Position numbers and translations under genes: made by a program. A stretch of 64,000 bases of DNA, taken from an uncultured Candidatus Saccharibacteria bacterium (lineage in GTDB: Bacteria > Patescibacteriota > Dojkabacteria > SC72 > WJKH01). The stretch is taken from assembly GCA_964602665.1 (NCBI GenBank), contig CAZRRH010000001.1:72414-136413 (forward strand). Reading direction: 5' to 3'. Shown here piece by piece: positions 37,828 to 47,403 of the stretch. Numbering within the stretch: the first letter of the stretch is position 1; each line of letters begins with the position of its first letter. The notes below the pieces were generated by a model. That model ran no database searches and was not told the origin of the DNA. It worked only from the letters and a program-made list of their open reading frames with translations.

Positions 37828-39081
37828 ATGATTTTGTTTAAAGACTTATTAAATAAAAACAAGCAGGGAAAAGACACAGAGGACACTAATTCGATTGCTT
37901 TAGACATTGGCACTGAATACCTAAAAGCCGTGCTGTTCTCAAATAAAAAAGATGAGCTTACTGTTAAAAAGTTATCTCGCATCCAGCAACAACAAAAAGC
38001 AATGAACAAAGGGATGATAATAAACCTCTCTACGGTCTTGGAAAACTGTAATTTGGCAATAAAAGAGCTTGTTGATGGCTTACCAGAAGACCAAATGCCA
38101 AAAAACATTGTAATGGGAATGGCGGGAGAATATATACAAGGCGCATCTGTTATTGTCAATTATGATCGTGAAAAAGAAGGCGCTGAAGCTATAACGGAGA
38201 AGGAACAAGAAAGAATTGTGACTCAGATAAGAGACCAGATAATTCAAACGGGTAAGCAAGACTTGTCAAAAAGGATTGGAGCAAGTGTAAATGATATTGA
38301 GGTATTGCATGTGACTATAACCGGAGTAGAAATAGGTGGTCTACAAGTAGATTCGCTTGTTGGTTTTACGGGTCATAGCGTCAAGCTATATTTTTACGCT
38401 TCATTTGCACCAAAAACTTTTGTCGATTCACTAAAAACGCTCGCCAATTCACTAAATTACAGTTTAAAAGCTGTGGTAGCACAGCCTTTTGCAGTTGCGA
38501 GGGCGTATATTGGCGCAAGAAACAAAGGTTTTTCAGGGATATTTATTGATGTGGGAGGAGGTACTACAGATATTGCTGTTGTAATAAACGGAAATGTTAT
38601 TGACACATCGATGTTTGCTTTTGGTGGGCGCGTATGGACAAAAGAGATCGCTTTAAATATGAATTTAGATTATAGATATGCAGAAAACCGCAAAATTAAA
38701 TACTCCGATAAGCTGCTTGATAGAGATTTGACACAAAAAGTCAAAAAAATAACATGGGGTATATCACAGTTATGGATGGAGTCACTCGCATCGGCATTAG
38801 AATTAACTGAGGATGTTGATCTTTTTCCCTCACAGATATACTTATGTGGAGGAGGAGCTCTTCTTCCTGACATAAAAAATATAATGCTTGAGTATCCTTG
38901 GACTAAATTGCTAAAATTTAACTCTGTGCCACAAATAAACTTGTTTTTGCCGAACAGACTAGAGGGAGTAATTGACCAAACAGGTGTTGCGACGAACTCT
39001 TTTGATATAACCCCTATCTCGCTTGCAAAATTCCTTGGAGACAAAGAGTTTAATCCATCAAACTATTTTAGTACAATATAA
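37828..39081 (+). CDS. FtsA-like actin-fold ATPase
   Basis: ALDIGTEYLK, IDVGGGTTD, FAFGG, LCGGGALL; no adjacent ftsZ. Confidence 0.82.
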   Translation: MILFKDLLNKNKQGKDTEDTNSIALDIGTEYLKAVLFSNKKDELTVKKLSRIQQQQKAMNKGMIINLSTVLENCNLAIKELVDGLPEDQMPKNIVMGMAGEYIQGASVIVNYDREKEGAEAITEKEQERIVTQIRDQIIQTGKQDLSKRIGASVNDIEVLHVTITGVEIGGLQVDSLVGFTGHSVKLYFYASFAPKTFVDSLKTLANSLNYSLKAVVAQPFAVARAYIGARNKGFSGIFIDVGGGTTDIAVVINGNVIDTSMFAFGGRVWTKEIALNMNLDYRYAENRKIKYSDKLLDRDLTQKVKKITWGISQLWMESLASALELTEDVDLFPSQIYLCGGGALLPDIKNIMLEYPWTKLLKFNSVPQINLFLPNRLEGVIDQTGVATNSFDITPISLAKFLGDKEFNPSNYFSTI

Positions 39082-39083
39082 TA

Positions 39084-41192
39084 ATGGAAGACAAGATTTT
39101 AATAAAATCAGATGATGAATTGGTTGATCTCGTTAGGAAGATCTCTGAAACGAAGCAAGAAAGAGTTGTGTTAAAATTTCCTGAAGAATCAGATTTACTT
39201 ATAAGCCCAATAAATTTCAAGGTCTTGTTAAAAGTTGCTGACAAATTAAACAAGATTCTTGTTGCGCAGATATTGCATAGCCAAACAGGAGTCGCAAACG
39301 CAGAAATTGTTGGTATGGTAACAACAACAGATAGCAACATTGATGAGGATTTGTGGCTTTTTGCTCTTGCTCAAACAGATGAACGAAAAAATCGGCAAAA
39401 AGATGCCCTAAAGGGAGTTATCAAAAAAGAAGATAAAGCACCAAAAACGGAAGAGATTACCCCCGCACAAGTAGAGGATAAACAGGAGGAATTAAAGGCT
39501 GAGCCAAAAACAGAACAAGAAGAAAAGCTGCAAGAGAAGGAAATCGACATAGAATCACTAATTGAAGGCGAAGGATTTGAGAAAAAAACTGGCGAAATTG
39601 GTACAAAATCAATAGAACAATCAGAATTTCAAAAAAGAGTTGATCAGACGCTGCAAGGATTAAAGCCTGTTAATAATAAATTGATTGAAGCAGAAGGGTT
39701 TGAGATTGCTTTGGACGATGACATTGAAAACTTTATCCCTCCTATAGAGAAATTTGAGGACTTTGAAATTAAAGAGGAAGAGGTTAAGCAGGAACCAGAA
39801 AAAAAAACAGAAGAAATTCCTGCAAAACAGCGCGAGATTAAGGTAAAGATGGATGAGCTAAAAGAGATCCCGGCCGTACAAGACAGGAATTCTCAGGAAG
39901 AGGATGTGTACTCTTCTTTTATATCAAAAGATTTTAAATCAGCTCCTAATATTAGAGATTTTAGAAGGAAACCTAAAATAACTATTCCAAAATTAAACTT
40001 TGCATCATTAAAAGTAAAAATAAATCAGCTAAAAGCCTCCGGTTTTAAAGGTGGTTCGAAAAGAATATTGCCAATTGCAGGAGGTTTTCTTGTTATCACA
40101 GCGATATTGTTTTACTTTATTTATACTATAGCCTCGCAGGCTGTAGTGACAGTTTATTATAAAAGCACGACTTTATCTATTGATAAAACATTTACGGGTA
40201 AATTAAATTCCGCATTTGACTTATCAGCCGGAACGGTAGCTGTTGTCTCTCATGAGGTATCAAAAGAATCTTCTGAGAGCACACTTGTGACAGGGACAGG
40301 TGAAAGAGGTAAAAAAGCAACAGGAAGTGTAACGCTTCGATGTTATAAAGATGGTGCCGTAAATTTAACTGCAGGAACTAAAATCAAAACGGCTGATAAT
40401 AAAGAGTTTAAAATTGCATCAGCGCAAAATTTAACTTGTCCAACAACTTTATCAGGTGTTGTAATTGAGGCTCTAAACTTCGGAAGTGATTATAATATAC
40501 AATCTGGGACTGTATTTTCAGTAGAGGGGTACCCTTCTACCGATCTTGTAGCACAAAACAGCACTGCTTTTACCGGTGGAACAAAAGAGACATACAAAAT
40601 GGTCGCAAAAGAGGATATAGACAACATAGTAAAAGGCTTACAGGAGCCAATGGACATTGAGGCCCTAGAAGAATTGCAGAATTGGGGAGCAAGCGAAGGC
40701 TGGGTTATGATACCCAAGACAGTTGTAAATAAACTTGACGGCGATCCTGCTCCTGATGCGCCAGTAGGTACTGAGACAGATATTGTAAATGTGGTTGTTA
40801 AAACTAAGCATTCTGCATATTATTACAATAAAAAAGATTTAGATAATGCTGTAGGCCAAATAATTGAGCAGGAGAAAGGAGAGGAACTTCTAAATGCGCA
40901 GGCTGATCAAGGCAATACAACTGTCTCATATGAGCTTACTAAAGAGGATAGAACTGCGATAGAAGTTAAGATGACAATAGCATCTGTTTTAAAGCCCGAA
41001 ATTGATAAAGATAAAATAATTGCAGATTTAACCGGCCTTGGTTGGAAGGATGGTGTTGAATATCTTGATGATTTAGATTTCCATGCAAAAGATCCTGAGC
41101 TCTCTTTCTCGCCGGAATGGGTGCCTAAATTCTTGTGGAAATTCCCCAAAGGGCATAACAAGATCATTTTACATGTAAGAGAGATAGAATAA
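39084..41192 (+). CDS. Bitopic membrane protein with a baseplate-J-like extracytoplasmic domain
   Basis: Small N-domain, long acidic low-complexity linker, TM 'ILPIAGGFLVITAILFYFIY', then 'KATGSVTL...AGT...EA..FGSDYNI...FTGG' typical of baseplate J/gp47-like domains. Confidence 0.65.
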   Translation: MEDKILIKSDDELVDLVRKISETKQERVVLKFPEESDLLISPINFKVLLKVADKLNKILVAQILHSQTGVANAEIVGMVTTTDSNIDEDLWLFALAQTDERKNRQKDALKGVIKKEDKAPKTEEITPAQVEDKQEELKAEPKTEQEEKLQEKEIDIESLIEGEGFEKKTGEIGTKSIEQSEFQKRVDQTLQGLKPVNNKLIEAEGFEIALDDDIENFIPPIEKFEDFEIKEEEVKQEPEKKTEEIPAKQREIKVKMDELKEIPAVQDRNSQEEDVYSSFISKDFKSAPNIRDFRRKPKITIPKLNFASLKVKINQLKASGFKGGSKRILPIAGGFLVITAILFYFIYTIASQAVVTVYYKSTTLSIDKTFTGKLNSAFDLSAGTVAVVSHEVSKESSESTLVTGTGERGKKATGSVTLRCYKDGAVNLTAGTKIKTADNKEFKIASAQNLTCPTTLSGVVIEALNFGSDYNIQSGTVFSVEGYPSTDLVAQNSTAFTGGTKETYKMVAKEDIDNIVKGLQEPMDIEALEELQNWGASEGWVMIPKTVVNKLDGDPAPDAPVGTETDIVNVVVKTKHSAYYYNKKDLDNAVGQIIEQEKGEELLNAQADQGNTTVSYELTKEDRTAIEVKMTIASVLKPEIDKDKIIADLTGLGWKDGVEYLDDLDFHAKDPELSFSPEWVPKFLWKFPKGHNKIILHVREIE

Positions 41193-41215
41193 GCTAATTT
41201 TGTCGCAATTTTATC

Positions 41216-41422
41216 ATGAAAAAGGTTGAATTCTTTTCAAAAACATGTGAACCTGCATTTATGAAAATAGGAAACATTGATTTTGCGTCTTTAACTGAAG
41301 AAATTAATAAATTCCTCGAAAGAGATGGAAAAGATATTAAAGTTATTGATGTGCAATACCGTCTTACAGCGCCAGGTAGCCTTGCAATAGCAAGTGTTAT
41401 GGTTTTTTATGAGGAGTTGTAA
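41216..41422 (+). CDS. Small protein, Cse60/DUF2758-like
   Basis: 'KVEFF...EEINKFL...KVIDVQY...SVMVFYEE' pattern. Confidence 0.55.
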   Translation: MKKVEFFSKTCEPAFMKIGNIDFASLTEEINKFLERDGKDIKVIDVQYRLTAPGSLAIASVMVFYEEL

Positions 41423-41427
41423 TAACT

Positions 41428-42180
41428 CTATAAATTTGCGACACGCATATTGATTTCTTCCTTATGCCTTATGACCCAATTGATACTTTCTCTTATTATT
41501 TTAACTTTAGTTTTTTGATATTGTTGATCCTTTAATGAGTTAGCACATTTCATTGCTTTTAACCTCATTGTTAAAACCCTTTGTTGCTCACTTAAAAGAA
41601 TGGATATAAAATCTTGGTAATTAATATCTGTTCCATACGCCTTAAGCATTGTCATTAAATTTTTAATCTGCAAGTCGTCAGGAATTATTAAATTATCACA
41701 TCCTAAGTTAAGAAATGTCCAAATAGCATAAGTAATATCTGTAATTCTGTTGCCTGCGTAGACGCCATCAAAATCGATTATGCCAACAATCGATTTATCT
41801 TTAATTAAAATATTCCAGGGAGCATAATCTAAATGGCATATTGTTTCTTCTTCTTCTGTGAATTCGGAAAGAATATCATGAAATTCTCTCAAAATCTGCA
41901 TAGCTTTTATTGATATTTTAAGTGGAATCGGGTCAAAAACAATAGGTTCTCCATCTATGTACGAAATTATTTCTCTATCTTTTTTATCAACTCCAAAAAC
42001 TCTTGGTGAATATTTGAAACCTTTTTCTTCAAGAAAAGTTAATACACTATGCGAGAATTTATAATTATTGCTAACTGGTTTATATACTTTATTTCCTTTT
42101 TTTAAAACAGTTCGACCAGATTCTCCATGTTTAAATTTTACATCTTTCATTTTTGTTTTTGAGATTGATTTACTGGCCAT
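41428..42180 (-). CDS. APH-like phosphotransferase
   Basis: CHLDYAPWN and IIDFD; start at 42180 (or 42150), because the longer track ORF runs through a tRNA. Confidence 0.85.
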   Translation of the reverse strand: MASKSISKTKMKDVKFKHGESGRTVLKKGNKVYKPVSNNYKFSHSVLTFLEEKGFKYSPRVFGVDKKDREIISYIDGEPIVFDPIPLKISIKAMQILREFHDILSEFTEEEETICHLDYAPWNILIKDKSIVGIIDFDGVYAGNRITDITYAIWTFLNLGCDNLIIPDDLQIKNLMTMLKAYGTDINYQDFISILLSEQQRVLTMRLKAMKCANSLKDQQYQKTKVKIIRESINWVIRHKEEINMRVANL

Positions 42181-42187
42181 ACGACAC

Positions 42188-42204
42188 ACGGAGAGGACAG
42201 GATT
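42188..42204 (-). repeat. 17-bp duplicate of the tRNA-Ser 3' end (att-like)
   Basis: acggagaggacaggatt identical to 42309-42325. Confidence 0.8.
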
Positions 42205-42266
42205 TACTGCCACTACTACGCTTTGCTCCGTAGTAGCAGTACCTTGCTTCTCATCCCGACTCAATA

Positions 42267-42309
42267 TATTTACAACAACTTGGAAATATATTCCAATTTG
42301 TTGTAAATA
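42267..42309. repeat. Long inverted repeat directly 3' of tRNA-Ser(GGA)
   Basis: TATTTACAACAA..TTGGAA / TTCCAA..TTGTTGTAAATA. Confidence 0.7.
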
Positions 42310-42396
42310 CGGAGAGGACAGGATTCGAACCTGCGGCTCGTTTACACGAGCGAACGCTTTCCAAGCGTTTCCTTTCGACCACTCAGGCACCTCTCC
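42310..42396 (-). tRNA. tRNA-Ser(GGA), 87 nt, CCA not encoded
   Basis: Acceptor GGAGAGG/CCTCTCC+G; anticodon arm AACGC-TTGGAAA-GCGTT; normal variable arm GCTCG..CGAGC; T loop TTCGAAT. Confidence 0.95.
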
Positions 42397-42476
42397 TTTT
42401 AAGATCGTTTAGCTTATTATAGCATAAAAGCGCTTGCTGTGACAAAGGTATGATGATATGGTATACTTCGTTTCAT

Positions 42477-43445
42477 ATGAAACATTCCGTTAAGAAACCT
42501 CTTTTGAGAGATGTTTTTGATTATCTTTTAAGGCCGATTCCGAGATCAACATTTTTAAATGATAAAGATATTAAGTCTTGCCAAAGCGACCGTATTGAGA
42601 GAATTATTGCTTTTTTGAAAACAGCCCTAACGAAATTTGTACATGTTATTAGAATTTATGCGATATTGATAGTTATTGCAATATCTATAGCGTTGCTGTC
42701 GTCTATTTTTGTAGCTGGTAAGACAACTAATGAGTTGGATAATTATATTTCAAAAGAGAGTATCCTGTTTGTGCTTGTTTACGGAGGTATTTTTGCTCCT
42801 CTATTTGAAGAAATCGCATTTAGGATTCATCTGAAAATGTCTCCTGTACGATGGGCCATATTTGTTGTTGCTCAGTGTGCGTTTCTATTAATATCTTTTA
42901 GCGAAAAATTTGCTTGGATAGCTAATTTCTTCTCTTTTACAGATAATTTATATATTAATATTGGAATAAATTTGTTGTTATCAATAGTGATATTTTCTGT
43001 TTTATTTATTATATTTAAAAGAGTAAAGATTAATATTAGTGAAAAACTTTATGCCGTAATTTTTTATGCTTCTGCGATATACTTTGGCTTTATACATACG
43101 GCAAACTATTCAAATATTGCTGAAGTTTGGTATTTAGCGCTGCTTTTAGTGTTACCTCAGATAATAGCCGGAATATTTTTGGGATATGTCCGTATTCGAT
43201 ACGGCTTAATTTGGAGCATCGTTTTGCATTCAATATATAATGGATCTTTGATTTTTCCTGTTTTCCTTATGGCAAGTTTTATGTCAAATTTTGATATTGC
43301 ATCTTCAAATATCCCCACATCATCGCAAGACATTGCAGTTCTGCTTTTTGTCGGAATTTATGCGATATTTCTTTTTCTTGTAATTTTTGGAGCATTAATA
43401 TACAATATTGTGGAATTGTTACTACACAAAAATGAGGCAGTATAA
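42477..43445 (+). CDS. CPBP (CAAX/Abi) intramembrane metalloprotease
   Basis: EEIAFR, FGFIH, HSIYN; multiple TM helices; ATG 42477 follows TGG-TATACT. Confidence 0.85.
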   Translation: MKHSVKKPLLRDVFDYLLRPIPRSTFLNDKDIKSCQSDRIERIIAFLKTALTKFVHVIRIYAILIVIAISIALLSSIFVAGKTTNELDNYISKESILFVLVYGGIFAPLFEEIAFRIHLKMSPVRWAIFVVAQCAFLLISFSEKFAWIANFFSFTDNLYINIGINLLLSIVIFSVLFIIFKRVKINISEKLYAVIFYASAIYFGFIHTANYSNIAEVWYLALLLVLPQIIAGIFLGYVRIRYGLIWSIVLHSIYNGSLIFPVFLMASFMSNFDIASSNIPTSSQDIAVLLFVGIYAIFLFLVIFGALIYNIVELLLHKNEAV

Positions 43446-44232
43446 AGAGCTTTTACAATATATTATGGAGAATGGAAGGACGAAACCTGACAGGTCAGGT
43501 TTTATGCTGCGTTCTGTTTTTGGGTGTAGTGCAAGATACAATTTACAAGAGGGATTTCCCCTTTTGACGACTAAAAAAATGCCCAAAAAAGTATGGATAC
43601 ACGAGCTTCTTTGGTTTTTATCCGGTAAAAGTGATAATATAAGAGAATTACAGGAGAAAGATGTGCATATTTGGGATGGATTTGCAGATGAAAACGGTGA
43701 TTTGGGTCCAATGTACGGTTATCAATGGCGTAAATGGCCTGATTATAAAGGTGGATATATAGATCAAATCGCTAATGTGATAAAGAAATTGAGAACAGAG
43801 CCATATTCCAAGGCATTGATTGTTAGCGCTTGGAATACTGCTCAGCTTGACCAGATGAGATTACCTCCATGTCACACGTTTTTTCAGTTTTATGTCAGAA
43901 AAAACCAGCTTAGTTTGCAACTTTATCAAAGAAGTTGTGATGTATTTATTGGTGCTCCATTTAATATTGCACAATACTCACTTTTACTTATGATGATAGC
44001 ACAAGTTACAGGTTATGAGCCTTATGAGTTTATTCATACAATTGGTGATGCACATGTTTATAAAAATCACAAAGAGGCTATATTGGAGCAGCTTTCTCGC
44101 AAGCCTTACCCTCTTGCTAAGATGTATATAAATCCAAATGTTAAGGATATTGATGCTTTTACAATAGATGATTTTAAGATAAAGGGTTATAAACATCATC
44201 CAAAATTAGTTCAAAAAGTCGTTATTGTTTAA
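43432..44232 (+). CDS. thyA: Thymidylate synthase
   Basis: FPLLTTKK, ELLWFL, GPMYGYQWR, LPPCH, YQRSCD, PFNIAQY, GDAHVY. Confidence 0.97.
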   Translation: MRQYKELLQYIMENGRTKPDRSGFMLRSVFGCSARYNLQEGFPLLTTKKMPKKVWIHELLWFLSGKSDNIRELQEKDVHIWDGFADENGDLGPMYGYQWRKWPDYKGGYIDQIANVIKKLRTEPYSKALIVSAWNTAQLDQMRLPPCHTFFQFYVRKNQLSLQLYQRSCDVFIGAPFNIAQYSLLLMMIAQVTGYEPYEFIHTIGDAHVYKNHKEAILEQLSRKPYPLAKMYINPNVKDIDAFTIDDFKIKGYKHHPKLVQKVVIV

Positions 44233-44901
44233 ATGATAAAAATTATTGCTTCAGTCGCAAAAAATGGTGTTATTGGTAGAAAGGGAGATTTGCCTTGGAA
44301 ATTACCCGCAGATTTGAGTTATTTTTTAGAGAAAACTGCAAATCATTATCTTATAATGGGCAAAAACACTTATTACTCAATAAAATCCCGGTTTGATAAG
44401 AAATATCCAGGTAAAAACAAGTTTTTTGGCAAGGGAAGGAAGAGCATTGTTTTAACAAGTGAGCCAATTATGGGCCTCCCTGATGAGGTTTATACTGCCA
44501 GTTCAATTGAGCAGGCCTTGAAAATAGTTGGAGAAAACGACGTTTTTATCATTGGAGGGGCCTTTGTATATAATCAATTTATTGATATTGCAGACGAGTT
44601 ATATGTTTCTGATATCGATGCTGAAATAGAAGATGCTGATGCGTTTTTTCCGCAGATTAATCTTGGAAAATGGGTTTTAGATAGCGAGAAATTTGTTGCA
44701 AAAGATGCTAAAAACGAGTATAATTTTAGCTGTAAAATATATAAAAAAGCAAAAAATATGGCAGAAAACAAAGAAGAGAAAATTTTAAAGAAAAACCTCG
44801 AGAAAATGGCTACTTCTGGCTATTTTAAAGAGGATATGCGCGTCGATGTTGGTAAATTCTCACTTGAGAATCTACTCAATGAAGAAGATGAGAAAAAGTA
44901 G
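44233..44901 (+). CDS. folA: Dihydrofolate reductase with a C-terminal extension of about 50 aa
   Basis: GVIG...LPW.LPADL, IMGKNT, IIGGA, DAFFP; directly after thyA. Confidence 0.93.
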   Translation: MIKIIASVAKNGVIGRKGDLPWKLPADLSYFLEKTANHYLIMGKNTYYSIKSRFDKKYPGKNKFFGKGRKSIVLTSEPIMGLPDEVYTASSIEQALKIVGENDVFIIGGAFVYNQFIDIADELYVSDIDAEIEDADAFFPQINLGKWVLDSEKFVAKDAKNEYNFSCKIYKKAKNMAENKEEKILKKNLEKMATSGYFKEDMRVDVGKFSLENLLNEEDEKK

Positions 44902-46015
44902 GATTGGTATACTCATAACGCATATTTTTGCTCAAGAGTATTTAAAAGATAAGATAATCTTTGCTCCTATCCATTTGGCCGTGCAATTAGCTGACGGACT
45001 GGTTACGCACGACAATGATGTGTATTTTTTTACTCCCGGACAGATAAATACAAAGGCAAAAAATATTACGACAGATCTGTCTTTACTTAATTCAGAGCTC
45101 AAAAATGAAGGTTGTTCTTTGCCAGAGTTTGCGGTTAATAATCCTCTGGCTTTTGTTTCGGTAGCGCGTCAAATTCAAGCAGAAATAACTAAAAAAGCCT
45201 TTGAATATGCAAATAGTGGCAAAATAGACGCACTGATAGTGTACATGTGTGAAGATGAAATACCTCTCTACTTTTCAGGTTTCGTTAAAAAGCCAGTTTT
45301 TTTTGTTCATCATGATCCATTTAATTTTTATCGTAAATATAGAGTTAGATTCCCTAGATTGTCAAATCTAAATTACATTTCTCTTTCATACGCACAAAGA
45401 AAAACAGCTCCAAAAGGTCTAAATTTTGTAGCCAACATATACAACGGAATAGACATTGCAGAGTATAGATATAATCCTTGCGGTGGGGAGTATTTTGCAT
45501 CTCTGGGTAGAATAATTCAAAACAAAGGTGTGCATACAGCAATCAATGTTTGCCGTGAAACAAATATAAAGCTAAAAATCGCAGGAAAACATTATTCTAA
45601 TAATGATGATAAAGAGGAGTCTTATTGGGAGAAATATGTCAAGCCCTATATAGACGGAGTTAATATTGAATATATCGGGTTTTTGAAGCCTCCAATGCAA
45701 ACTTCAGAGTTTTTAGGAAATGCGAAAGCGCTTCTTTTTCCTGTTACATGGGATGAGCCATTTGGGATGGTTATGATTGAATCTTTGGCCTGTGGGACGC
45801 CTGTTATTGCATTTAGCAACGGCGCTGTACCTGAGATAATTGAAGATGGAAAAAACGGATATATTGTAAAGAACGAGAAGGAAATGAAGCTGGCGATGCA
45901 AAAGATAGATAAGATTAATAGAAAATACTGTCGACAGTCAGTATTAGAGAAATTCACAATTGAAAGAATGGTTTTAGAATATGATAAACTAATTAAATCT
46001 TATCTGCGAGAATAG
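44888..46015 (+). CDS. GT4 glycosyltransferase
   Basis: IYNGID, LGRI..NKG, EPFGMVMIESLACGTPVI; start at MRKS (44888). Confidence 0.9.
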   Translation: MRKSRIGILITHIFAQEYLKDKIIFAPIHLAVQLADGLVTHDNDVYFFTPGQINTKAKNITTDLSLLNSELKNEGCSLPEFAVNNPLAFVSVARQIQAEITKKAFEYANSGKIDALIVYMCEDEIPLYFSGFVKKPVFFVHHDPFNFYRKYRVRFPRLSNLNYISLSYAQRKTAPKGLNFVANIYNGIDIAEYRYNPCGGEYFASLGRIIQNKGVHTAINVCRETNIKLKIAGKHYSNNDDKEESYWEKYVKPYIDGVNIEYIGFLKPPMQTSEFLGNAKALLFPVTWDEPFGMVMIESLACGTPVIAFSNGAVPEIIEDGKNGYIVKNEKEMKLAMQKIDKINRKYCRQSVLEKFTIERMVLEYDKLIKSYLRE

Positions 46016-46886
46016 AATAACTTGACTCGTTTGAATAATCGTTGACATGTACGACTTTTTTTATTTTTGATTTTGCAATTACCCTTGCGCAGTAAGGACA
46101 AGGAAATTTGCTTACCCAAAGTGTCGTATCTTTAAGTGAAAAATTTGCATTTATTATTGTAGCCATCTCTGCATGAATAGTCTCTAGGAGTTCGATGTTT
46201 TTGCCTATTTCGCCATGCTCGCGCTCCTTTAGCGACCCGTGGTGCATCATAGCGCTTTGATAGGGCATTATTTCGTTAAATCCATATGAAATAACCTTCA
46301 AGTCACTATCTGTGAGAAGTGCACCTGTTTGACCTGTCCAATCCCATGATAATTTTGAAATGTCGAGTGTTAATTTCTTTAGCTCGTCTGCATTAAATCT
46401 TTGCCCAATTATTGAGTCAAAATTATCTTTAAATTGCAAACAGTAATTTTTTGCTTCGTCTTCCGATTTAAAAGGTGATAAAGATTGAAATTCTGCACCA
46501 ACTTTGATGGCTTCCCAATAAAAAGAGTTAAAGTGCAAACAATCGCTCCAGGAACCGTTAAACCCTATTATCTTACTTGGCTTGAGCTCTCTGATGATAT
46601 ATTTTGTGTCATTGTAATAATAATCAAGAGAAAAAAGTCTTTCGCTATCAATCTTTGTTTCTCTTTTGACGACTTTAAAAGGTTTCGAGTCCTCAAGTTT
46701 GGGAATGTATTTATCTAGTAAGTTCCCAATAATAACAAGAAAATCTTTGCTAATATACTCTTTAATAAGCTTCTCAAACTGCTCTTGGTTTACATAAATC
46801 CCTCCAAGAATAAAAAGCTTTTTATTAAATGCTCGTACATATTCTTTTTGTTTTGCTGATAGATCTGCCCAAAGTAAGTTAACCAT
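45993..46886 (-). CDS. dCMP/cytidine deaminase fused to a degenerate nucleotidyltransferase-like N-domain
   Basis: HAE...FPCPYC Zn motif; N-terminal segments resemble the upstream cytidylyltransferase. Confidence 0.8.
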   Translation of the reverse strand: MVNLLWADLSAKQKEYVRAFNKKLFILGGIYVNQEQFEKLIKEYISKDFLVIIGNLLDKYIPKLEDSKPFKVVKRETKIDSERLFSLDYYYNDTKYIIRELKPSKIIGFNGSWSDCLHFNSFYWEAIKVGAEFQSLSPFKSEDEAKNYCLQFKDNFDSIIGQRFNADELKKLTLDISKLSWDWTGQTGALLTDSDLKVISYGFNEIMPYQSAMMHHGSLKEREHGEIGKNIELLETIHAEMATIINANFSLKDTTLWVSKFPCPYCARVIAKSKIKKVVHVNDYSNESSYSILADKI

Positions 46887-47403
46887 ATTTTTCTTTGTAT
46901 CTAGCCTTAATTTTATTTATCTCGTCTGGATTTTGCTTATAAAGTTTTGCTATTAATCTTGGAGGATATTTAATCTTCTGATAATTAAATTGTAATAAGG
47001 TTGGAATATAGGGTAGCAGATGTATATGTAAATGATGTACCGTTTTTTGCGAAGTCTGATCCAAGGCAGCACCTTCACGATACAGCATAAATAGCGTTTT
47101 ATAGCCAAAAGCAAGTCTTAGGAACTTCTTTGCAATATAATGGAAATATTGGACAGATTCCCATTCCTCTTTAGTTAGCTGCTTAAGATGGTCAATGTGC
47201 CTTTTAGGTACAATCATAAGACTTCCATCGATATATGGATAGAGATTTGTTGTAAGAACCATGCCGTTTTTGCTGTCCAGTATATACTTTTCATTAAGAT
47301 CGCAAAAAACGCATTTGCCAACAGAAGTCCATATTTTACCGTATTCAAAATCAGCAGAACTTCTTGCCCTCATTTGCTGTTTGTCTTGTTCTGTGAGCTT
47401 CAT
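46879..47403 (-). CDS. HIT family nucleotide hydrolase
   Basis: CVFC, NLYPY..G.LMIVPKRH, HLHIH. Confidence 0.88.
   Translation of the reverse strand: MKLTEQDKQQMRARSSADFEYGKIWTSVGKCVFCDLNEKYILDSKNGMVLTTNLYPYIDGSLMIVPKRHIDHLKQLTKEEWESVQYFHYIAKKFLRLAFGYKTLFMLYREGAALDQTSQKTVHHLHIHLLPYIPTLLQFNYQKIKYPPRLIAKLYKQNPDEINKIKARYKEKYG

Noticed and set aside
39084-41192. Prophage or contractile injection system suggested by the baseplate-J-like domain
   Set aside because: Protein is membrane-anchored and no other phage or sheath genes are nearby
37543-42325. 24-bp direct repeat shared by the two tRNA-Ser 3' ends as island boundaries
   Set aside because: Both are complete tRNAs with different anticodons; the genes between them look core and no integrase is present
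42181-42412. N-terminal 70 aa of the 320-aa ORF and the 114-aa plus-strand ORF
   Set aside because: Both run through tRNA-Ser(GGA) and its repeats; kinase homology starts at or after 42180
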